From Trichoplax adhaerens (Eukaryota > Animalia > Placozoa), in contig NW_002060956.1 of assembly GCF_000150275.1 (NCBI RefSeq), positions 1,052,280 through 1,116,279 of the forward strand: a stretch of 64,000 bases of DNA, written 5' to 3'. The first letter of the stretch is position 1, and each line of letters starts with the position of its first letter. The notes under the pieces are model-generated. The model saw nothing but the letters and a program-made list of their open reading frames with translations, was not told the origin of the DNA and did no database searches. The position numbers and the translations under genes are program-made. Positions 12,615-23,637 of this stretch are shown here, one piece after another.

Positions 12615-14437
12615 CCTGGTCTGAATTTTGGGTAGTTGGATTCATTGATTTTATCAAGACGTTGCTGCATAACCAAGAAATGTTTCTCTTACGAAATTAG
12701 ACTACTTAATAATTTATGTCAGCTTAGACTTAAATTATGTATTATATCTTTGTGTAGATACTCGTATACGAGTACATTCGCCTCACATTGCAGTAACCGC
12801 AAATTGACATTATTACAAGAATTGACTTTACGGTTGGAAGCTACATGTAGGAGATGGATATTTACCAGACATGTACAGGATACTAGTAATGCTAAATTGT
12901 TATTACACTGTGAATACTTACATAATTAATCATGTATTCGCGTATATAGCCTGGTTTGCATTCTGTATGATATTGTAATTTAACCATATATGGCACTTGT
13001 AATATATTGTACTGTACGGTGTTGGCAAACAAGAAAATTATTAATCGAATTTGCATAAGTTGCGAACTAATTTGTTTAATTTATTATGGCATTATTCGGT
13101 GGACTAAAGACAATGTAATTGTATTTTGAGGGATGTTAAAAACATTTATTACTGGAAATGCTCTCAGCTTTTATAAAGGAAAATTCATTCACTATGCTTT
13201 ACTCTTAAATACAAATAAAGATCTAGAAGATTGCTTACTACAAGGGAAAATTACTGAGCAACATACTCGTACGGTAGATCTATTAAATCATATTATATAC
13301 TGTACCGTATGTTTAATATTAATGCCACTGATTTATTACGTATAATTATCAATTGCCACCAGTTAAGAAATGCCTAATAATACTGTACGTTGCTACGGAA
13401 ATCGCTATTGCATACAGTACAGTCATTGGCAGCGCATATGACTGTATCGAACTTACTGTACTAGTATACGTATTGAACGGCAAGGATGACTTTAGGGTAT
13501 ATTGTGAAGGAGCATGAAATCATTCACAGTATTCATATTTAGCGAAAGGATGACTTAGAATACAGTACATAATGAAGAAGCATGAAATGATTCACAATGG
13601 AAAATTACAGTCGGCATCCAAAATTTGTTGAGGCCATACTGTACAGTACATTCAAGCCTTTAAAGAACGCAACGATTAATTATATGACTTGATCGAATTG
13701 TGGCTCCAAATACACCCAGCTCACAACTCCACAATGACAATCATTAATTGTAATTGTTGAGAACGCAGTCAATCGAATACAGACGTACTTGCGTCAGGTT
13801 AAATACACCTCCACCGAGACAGCATTAATTGTAAATTAGAATAACTATCTTAACAGGAATAATACAAGTTTTTATTTTTCTGTATAGTGGAACTAATCAA
13901 GTTAACATTAATAGCGACGATATTCATGCTAGATAGTAAAAAGTTGATGAGGTATAACAATTTCACAGTATAAGCGTACATTTGAAGACCACTGCACAGA
14001 AATTGTTAAAGCACTTGTGGTTTAGAAAATTTAAAAATACTACAATATTATTATAGGCATGAAAATGTAGAATCCTGCTCGATCACTATTAACCTGTATT
14101 TATTGTTGCTCATTGATAGTTTTCAGCTATACAGTAAAAATAATTATAATTGATGATGATTCGCTATTACGCATTAGTACAATAAAATTTTAGCAAAACT
14201 TAGTGTACATGTAACGTTATACAATTGTCAATAGCGGATTCTGCACCAGCGTGCATACAGCATGTTAGGTAAATGCAATAACAATAATAATAGGGATGAG
14301 ATTTATTACAATAATGATACGTATCAATCGTTTAAAACAGAACTACTGTCTACTTGTGCCTTTCTGAATTTAGTCTTTCATCGATAGCAATAGGTCTGTC
14401 GTCATCCATTCATCATATTTATCATTCATGACACATG

Positions 14438-15418
14438 TTACTCATCGCTCAATTCATACGATTCATATAAAATTTGCCCTCGATGATTAAAGGTATAAAA
14501 CGATTGCCTATTGGTAAAGTTTTCCGATGGCCTATCACATCATAATAAAAAGAAAGAATGACAACACCATGAATGAAACACTTATATATGTAGCGAAAGA
14601 AAAGTCGTCAAAATAAATTTGTTGGCAATAAGACTGGATTAATATAGAGCATATTGTTATAGAGACATGTAACATGCTATCAATGATACATTTTAATACG
14701 ACAAATTCTTTTTCAGGCTTTCAGAAAATTGACCAGTAAGAGAATTTCTGTACGGTTCATAATTACGCATATAATTATATTATAATTTACGCCGAGAAAT
14801 TTCAGTTCTTTGAATAGCTAGTACCTGTCGTTTAGTTCTGCTGTTGCACTTATTTCGCGAAAACTTCCAGAAATGATAACTACGCCAATGGTACAAACGA
14901 TAAAGCCAGTTAAGCATTCGACTAAAATCTGCAAGTTCAAAGAAATCATTGTAATGGATGATTTTGTTTGGTTTTGTAAGAAAGATTTATGCCTAGGTAT
15001 TGCAGAAAATTGTTAACAAAAATTGCTAGCACAAGTTATTGAACTATGATCATTTTCAATGCATATTATGACGTTCATGCTTAAGCTTTGAAAGTATTTA
15101 CAAGGTACAACCATGTTTCATAAAATGTAATTTCTTGAATAAAAAAGTATGATGATACGACTTTGATGCTTACGTCTATTGGTGTATTAGCCACATTTTG
15201 TTCGGTTAATTTGGCGTAAGTCCGATCTATGAATAAAATACGTTGCAGCGATCATCAATGTAAAGTGTTGAGCGCATCCAATTAGGATTCACTGTAACGG
15301 TTAGATATCAAAGTTAATCAATGAAATTACGTTGTACAGCGGAATAGGCTGAATGGAATACTCCTAAAATTCCGAATAGAATTAAGAATCTGGCAACGGT
15401 GCGAAAGCCAGTCGCCAT
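14438..15418 (-). CDS. MMGT1: ER membrane protein complex subunit 5 / membrane magnesium transporter 1, 112 aa, 4 exons (15418-15331, 15226-15174, 14928-14825, 14531-14438)
   Basis: Spliced product MATGFRTVARFLILFGILGVFHSAYSAVQHRTYAKLTEQNVANTPIDILVECLTGFIVCTIGVVIISGSFREISATAELNDRPSENFTNRQSFYTFNHRGQILYESYELSDE*. It carries the HSAYSAxQHR, PIDI and SFYxFNHRG EMC5 hallmarks. All introns are GT-AG and in phase (339 nt total). Confidence 0.93.
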
Positions 15419-15812
15419 GATGTTTCTAAGCTTTGGAATAGCGAAGTAATGTAGAGACTACAGTACTGTACTGTACTGCACTGTAGTGAGAGCCTTTCTT
15501 CTTCATGAGTACAGTGTACAGTGTACAGTACATACAGTATAGTACAGTACCATACAGTACTGTACTGCGCAGTACTGTACAGTACTAGTACAGTACAGTA
15601 CAGTACAGTACAGTGTACGGTACGTGCAACGTTGGTATTGTAGAAAAGTACTGTACACTGTACTGTACTGTACGGTACTGAACTGGCTGCACGTAGGTGA
15701 AAGCAAGTTTCTGCCTCTAGCAGCTAGCTCTAGATCCCAAGGAAGCGAAATTGAAGTCCAATCAATTAATTATTAACCGTCAACGAAGAGAATATGTACA
15801 AATTATTTTAAC
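15419..15812. promoter_or_regulatory. Bidirectional promoter region shared by MMGT1 (-) and GFM1 (+)
   Basis: The two start codons are 394 bp apart in head-to-head orientation. Confidence 0.75.
15459..15680. repeat. Dense (GTACA)n/(TGTAC)n pentanucleotide array with an orientation switch
   Basis: (GTACA)5 at 15588-15612 followed by an opposite-orientation run gtactgtacactgtactgtactgtac at 15648-15673. Further units lie at 15459-15484 and 15508-15585. Confidence 0.9.
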
Positions 15813-18800
15813 ATGAGCACAATACGATTAGTCAACCTAGCCAGCCGGCTGCCATTACGATATGGGACCACTTGTTATAAGGTAGGACTGCTAAGAGTAA
15901 AGTCATTTTATTCATAGTTCAGTACATCCGGTAAAGAAATGAATTGGCTTGATTGTCCTCGACACAGGCTCTACTCTATAAGACCGTGTTCAGCGTACAC
16001 CACGTGAGCCACTAGCTACAAGGTCTGGCCATGTTCTCTGGTCATGGCGTTGCCAATGAGCAAACCACACTCGCTCTGCTAATATCATATTATGAATAAT
16101 GATACTCCAGAAGAAATGACCACAAAGTTTTTAAATAGATTTAAAACGTAGAATAGATTCCTTACTGACCTCACTGTATAGGATCGTAAGAGACCATTCG
16201 ATTACAGTATTATGGCATGAAAGTCAAGCTAAATTGCCAATAAATGCTGTATGGAATAATCTTGTAAACGACTGTAGTAATCAATGAAGTCTTTCAATCC
16301 ATTATAGCCATTTTGATCAGCTATACCTGATATTGCAGTGTACAAATATAAATGGCTCTGCAGTACCTGAACTCTAGCTGTGCATAGGCATAAGGGGTCA
16401 TAATCAACTACAGTGCCGTAAATGCCGGCAACATTGTTGGTTTCTAACCTTTCACTTGCAATGCTTTGCAGCATGGATTTACAGCACTTCAACCTAGCTG
16501 TCCCTGTATGGAGAACATCTACACCTGTAATGTGCAATATATTGAGTAACAGTACTATGATTTATCTGCCTTCATTCAACAACGAACTAGTAGTCCTGGT
16601 TTAAACTTGCTGCATAACCCATTTCTAAAATGATTCATATAAATTGTAGAACTGTACGCTACTGTATAGTGACGTTAAGACGAAAATAATGCAGCGTGAT
16701 TCAAGTAGAAATGTTGGCGTACGATCACATATCGCAGCAGTTGCAGTACAGTCGAACTGTTGCTTTTCCCGTAGACCACCATTAAACTAACAGACAGCAT
16801 GTTGTGCCATAATATTATCCAATATTTTCATTGATACTATCTATCGGTTATATACGGTACCTTGCTGACCACTTTTAAAGTCATTTAGAATAGTTTAAAA
16901 ATTAGTATCAACATCGAATCATTGAAATATGATAGTTTGCTCCTTATGTATAACATTGGATGTATTTTTGCTACCTTGTTATCATATTACTGCTCATATA
17001 TATATATATACTCTAATAACCAAAAAGCTATAGTAAATATCAGCATCGTAGCAGTAGATGCGCGTACTTTTGTATACCAACCCTAGAAGTAATAGTAATT
17101 ATTATACTCGTATGTAATAATTAATTGCATTAGTTGACGTATCTGTTTATTGAATCGATTTTATAGATATCACCTTTATTACGGGCTGCTATGTCGCAAT
17201 CGGCGGTAAGAGTAATAATTAATTATTCGTGATTAGTAAACTGTATGTATGTGTATTATCTATCATACTGATCATACTGTACAGTATAATCGCAATTTCC
17301 CTTTATATCGTGAATTCATAATCCGTACTGCAGTCGATTTTCTGGCCGTATTCGGCAATAATTAAATTTTGTATTTTCTTATGTGAAAATAAAATTTATT
17401 TCTACGAGTTCTTTCATAACGTACCTACACAGGTAGAAGTAGAGAAAATTCGCAATATTGGAATATCAGCTCACATTGATTCCGGGAAAACGACATTAAC
17501 AGAGCGAGTTTTGTTTTATACCGGACGCATTGGTCAGATGCACGAGGTAGAGTAAAAGAATATAAATTATAATTATTATACGTAGATTTACACGTGATAA
17601 TTTTAATTATGCTCTCCCTTAAAATGAAATTTTAAAATCTTGAAAAACTTCGCACTATATGCAGTAGATCTTTACGGTTATACCTATACCAACTTTGAAT
17701 TGGAATCGTTACAACTTTATCAAATTTAACTCATTAATCTTCACGCCTGTGTTGTATTACAAATTTGAGTAACTTATTCCAGTTTCTTAAAAATTACCAG
17801 TACAGTATTTAAATTTATCTCTCATACGAGATATAGAGCGATGTACTGAGCGTTTATCGATGCTTATAACTTTGTTGCATTTATTGCAGGTCAGAGGTAA
17901 GGATAATGTCGGTGCTACAATGGATTTTATGGATCTGGAACGTCAACGTGGTATTACGATACAAGTTGGTATTTGGTTTTAATCACCCATTGATTTTATT
18001 GATAGCAATACAACTTGACTTAAAACTAACCAACTTATTAAATGTTGTTTTTGTTATGTTATCGAGTATAGTCTGCTGCTACTTATACCAGCTGGAAAGA
18101 AACAAATATAAATATTATTGACACACCAGGTAAAATATATAGTAGAATATTTCGACATTTAAAACATTTGCAGTAGTAACTTTCCTTTTCTAGCAATTAA
18201 CCATTGTAAACTTTATTGAATGATTAGGTCATGTTGATTTTACTATGGAAGTCGAGCGTGCCCTACGTGTCTTAGATTCAGCAGTATTAGTATTATGCGG
18301 TGTTGGAGGTGTTCAAGTGAGCAATACCTATATAAATATCTTATATTCTTTGTACTTGCATCTAACGTTGCATTTATGTACCGATAGAGCCAAACTTTAA
18401 CCGTTGATAGACAAATGAAACGTTACGAGGTTCCGTGCTTAGCCTTTATTAACAAACTAGATCGGTTAGGAATATTCGAATGATCTTTTGCTTTGTCTTA
18501 ATAAGAACCTTTGCAATAATTTATTATGATAATAATAACATTAACAAGGTATCTGAACTACTTCGTATAGAATGGGAGCTAATCCAGAAAGAGTAGTTTT
18601 GCAAATTAGGTATTTTTAAGTTTACAATTTCACTTTTAAAGAAATCTGTATAATGTTCGTTACATATTAACGTTCTAGAACATACTTTATCAATTTTATC
18701 AAAATACTAGGTCGAAATTACGACATAATGCAGCTCTTATTCATTTACCGATTGGTTTGGAAAGTGATTTTAAAGGAATTATAGACATAATATCTAGAAA

Positions 18801-21800
18801 AGCTATTTACTTTGAAGGTGCATTGGGGTAAGATACATCGTGTTTAAGCCTTACAATTTAAATTAGCATTAGTAATAGTAAAATAACGCCTGATGCGCTT
18901 GCTAGTATTTTATTGTAAAGTTCGCCAATATTTATTGTCCATTACTTAACGGTATTCTATAATTTAGCTCCCAAATAGTCGAAAAAGAGATTCCTGATGA
19001 TTATGTGGAAGAAACGAATAAGAAAAGACAAGAATTGATTGGTACTTACTTGTTAGATAGATTAGCAGTTTGACTTAGTTAATCGACCAAATTTTGGCTG
19101 TCGATTTGGATTTAACGTCAGATTATTTATCATAGCTTAGTTGAATTATCGGTAATATCATTACTTGCTTTGCTAAGTTTTAGTTATTGCTATATTTTTA
19201 CATCAAAATAGAGGCAGTAGCTAATGTTGATGATGAACTAGGAGAGAAGTTTCTGGAAGACGCAGATTTATCTAAGGAAGACATCATCGTAATTATGCAT
19301 CTTAAAAATTTTTTTAATTGTATACTGAGTAATTCAACTTTTGTTTATCTGATTCTGGTTCATTTCTGAATCTTGCTATAAAACAGGCAGCAATTCGACG
19401 TTGTACCTTAAAGAAAACTTTTACACCGGTCTTATTAGGATCAGCTCTAAAGAATAAAGGTGTCCAGGTAGCTGTAGAGATCATGATCTTATTCAAGTAG
19501 AGAAAAATTTTTTATTAACATTCTTAATCGCCTAAGATACGAGTATGTAGTCTAATTTATTGAACTGTTGTTGTGGTATTTTATAGCCTCTTTTAGACGG
19601 TGTTTTAGCATATTTACCAAATCCTTCCGAAGTTGAAAATTTTGCTTTGGATCCCGAAGAGTAGGCTTAGTTATTATTGTTATTAATTTTGATTTTAATA
19701 TTCATTTAACTATTATAATTTTAGCTATAGAAATTAGAACACTAACTTGTTTCATTCTGCAATTTAATAATTTTTTGAAATTTCAATTGTTTACTTTTGG
19801 TAATGAAGACATATTTACTAAATCAAAATACTTTTCGATACTAGCAATGAGCAAAAAATTTTAATGAATCCTTCACGGAGCAGCGCACAGCCTTTTGTTG
19901 GCCTTGCCTTTAAGCTTGAGGTATGCAATGCTGTAATAGTGGGAAGAAGTCATCGCAATTGATTATAGCCCATATTTACCGTTGTAACTTTAGCAGATAA
20001 TACAATGACGTTAATTAAATATTATGACCATTATGTAATTGCTTAGTGACTTTTATCTTCGAATTCAGGCAGGTCGATTTGGTCAGTTAACATATATACG
20101 TATCTATCAAGGACAGTTAAAAAGAGGTGGCTTTATTGTTAATGTTAGAACCGGTAAACGTCTTAAGGTACCACGACTTGTTAGGATGCATAGCAATGAA
20201 ATGGAGGTATTTCGATGCTTTTATTTACGATTTCCTAAAGTATCATGCTTCTATACAATCTGATAGGTTACCCTAATCTTACTGTAAGTTATTCAAGTCT
20301 GCCTTAAATTTTTATCATAGGACGTCCAAGAGGCTTATGCCGGTGATATTTGCGCATTATTTGGTGTAGACTGTTTTTCGGGCGATACATTTGTGGCTGA
20401 ATCTTCTCGGTCATTATCGATGGTACTGCTGTACTTGATAATTTATCCTGTAGACGTTAGTACCTTTTGACTTAGTAATTTACCTGCATCATAAAAAAAA
20501 TCATAGGAATCGATGTTTGTTCCAGAACCTGTGATCTCTCTTTCTATCAAGCCTACCAATAAGGTAAACATAGAAAAATTCATTTTCTTTACCTGTCTAT
20601 TTTTAAAATATAACTAATTTTTTAGAACGATATCGGACAATTCTCTAAAGCGATCCACCGGTTCACTAAAGAAGATCCAACTTTCAAGGTGCACTTTGAT
20701 GACGAGAGCAAAGAGGTACTGAGCAACATTGTGGTGCGCATGTTGATTTCTGTGGTTTTTTATCCAATGTCTTATTATGTATTGCATACAAACATTTATT
20801 CATTGTATTCTGATACTTTATTAATAATAATTATTATAGACCATTATTTCTGGTATGGGAGAATTACATTTGGATATTTATGCCGAGGTAAGTTTCTTGC
20901 ATTGAACGATTTTAATATTATTGGGTTGCTTAGTCTCCAATTATACAATATAAGCACGCCTTAAGAATCTCATCACTTTTGAAAACTTATTCGTATTAGA
21001 GAATACGTACAGAATATAATTGCCCATGTGAAACTGGGAAGCCGAAAGTGGCTTTCAGAGAAACAATTGGTTCGATTGCCCAGTAAGTAAAAATAAAAAC
21101 TATGATAAAAATATTTAATTTAACGATGAAATCCTTACTGTATGACCAGGAAAGGACCTTCTCATCTAATACTGTAATTTTGATACAGATTCGATTATTT
21201 GCATAAAAAACAATCTGGTGGAGCTGGTCAGTTTGGTCGTGTTATCGGAGAAATTCAAGTATGATAAAGTACTCTATTTACATGTACGCGTAACGAAAAA
21301 CGTCTTCGAATACGATAATAAAATGATTTGTTTGCTAATAATATGGTTAGCCTTTGGGCGAGGATAAGTTAACATCAGTTGAATTTTCCGATGAAACTGT
21401 TGGTATGAATATTCCAAAGAACTTTATACCTGCTATTGAGAAGGTATATTTTCATTTGTTGCTGTATTGGCATTGACGATAATTATAATTACAGTACTAC
21501 GTTTGGCGTATTTTATAATTGCCAATGGTATTTTAAGTAGATTTTTTGCTTATCCTTAGGGCTTCCGAGATATATGTGAAACTGGTATTATATCTGGACA
21601 TAAAATTAATGGTGTTAAAATTGTATTAAAAGATGGTAATTAACATATTGTATTTACTTTAAAATATTATAATTCTAGTGTGTAATTCTCATGGTGAATT
21701 TATGGTATTGTTAATTAACCCAATAAATACTGTTATTCAAAAGGTACTTCCCATGCAGTCGACTCTAGCGAATTAGCTTTCCGCCTGGCTGGCAAGGGAG

Positions 21801-22622
21801 CTATGAGACAAGGTATTCATTGTTATTGCCCGTGTCACACTTTTTTGGTTAATAATCTTGATCAGTTTGATTCCTGATAGTTCTAACCTCCGCTCTTTAG
21901 TATTCCCTAAGGCCAACCCAATAATACTAGAGCCGGTAATGCTGGTTGAAATTAGCGCTCCAGAAGAATACAGAGTAAGCATAATTAAATGTGAAAAATT
22001 ATTGGTAAGAATCACCTCACAAACATTTCTTTTATTCTTTACTATATGAAGGGGGCTGTTCTAACCAGTATGAGTCGTCGGCGTGGCGTCATTACTGGAA
22101 GTGATTCAGTAGAAGGATACTTTTATCTGTTTGCTGAAGTTTGTAACTGCTATGTTTTGACATTATATGAATTATTTGTAGATAAGTTCCATAAAAGTAG
22201 TCCAATCCTGAACTCATGGGTCTGATAGGATTGCATAAAGTTACCAATATTATTTTAAATTTTCTTTTTCAAATTTATACTGTAGGTTCCGTTGAATGAT
22301 ATGTTCGGATATGCAACTGAGTTACGATCAGCTACACAAGTAAGTATTGTTTATATAGCACTTTTCAACTGTAAAAAATATTTATGTAAAATGATCCTAA
22401 ATATGTAGAGGTATTTGTGACTGCTTTAACAGAACTATTGCCATGTAAAATATATACCGTATATATACTCTAAAGCCACCATACTTAGTAACTCCAATAT
22501 ACTGTTAGGGCAAAGGAGAATTCGTCATGGAGTACCAGAAATATGCACCAGTAACACCACAGTTACAAGACACCTTAGTCAAGCAGTTTGAAGAAGAAAG
22601 GTTACGAAAGTTAAAAAAATAA
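15813..22622 (+). CDS. GFM1: Mitochondrial translation elongation factor G1, ~28 exons
   Basis: An Arg-rich presequence-like exon 1 ([23 protein letters not shown]) is followed by [114 protein letters not shown] and ELRSATQGKGEF. TAA at 22620-22622. Exons 1-2 are less certain than the rest. Confidence 0.95.
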
Positions 22623-23637
22623 AGAATGCCTGCAAAGCGAAGTACGTACATGTGGTTACTTCATGAAAGTAGCTAATCATGGTCAGTTCTTTATGAAATT
22701 GATAAAGAATGATATTAAAGATATGACCATGCCTTTGCTATAGGATGACCTTTAGCGTTAATATTTTTATCAAATAAGCTTAAGCTATCATAGTATCGCT
22801 CCTTATGTATACACGAATATTACAAGTAAATAAAAGTTATATCATGAATAAGTGAAATTTAAATAAAGTGATGAAAAATACATTGACGAAAGCATTATAA
22901 ATTTTCGAATCGTGATTATGATTCTCCAATTTTAATTTTCAAAGCTAATTGTTGATAGTACCATTTTTTGAGTCAGTACTAAATACGTGAAAGCATACGT
23001 ACTGTATATGGGCATACATACCCAGTAACCTAAAAATGGTCAATATTTTCAACGCTCATGTCACATATTTTCATTTACTATAACGTTTTCGTTGATATAG
23101 CATTAAAATTTATTGATTTCGTTAACGTTACAATTTCAAAAACAGTTTCTATTGAAATACACTCCTTACTAGGAAATGCATGATGACATAGAAGTGTGAG
23201 AAGATTCGCTAGTAAATGCCTAAGAATTTGACTAATTCAGTCAAATACCAATTATTTATGAAAGCTTTAGAAATTATAGTGATCTTACTATGGGTATATT
23301 CCTCATTTCTATCACAAAGTACACACTACATGAAGTGTGCACCGTTGCATAAATCTCTAAGTCAAGGGAGTGTTATTAAAAAGGGACACTATTATTACTA
23401 TTGCATGCTAAACTACTATATATTGGTACAACAATGTTTTAATACGCATACTTTGAGTGGATAAATTAGAAAGACTCGCTGGAAACTTCTGTCTACGATA
23501 GTGTTTCACAGAAAGTTTTCAAGACATAAAAATCTAAGGAGTAATACCATATCCAAATTTATGCCAATCAACATTATAATATGCGACCAATAGTAACAGA
23601 AACTTTATAAAATAGCATCAATTAACGCAAATTATTT

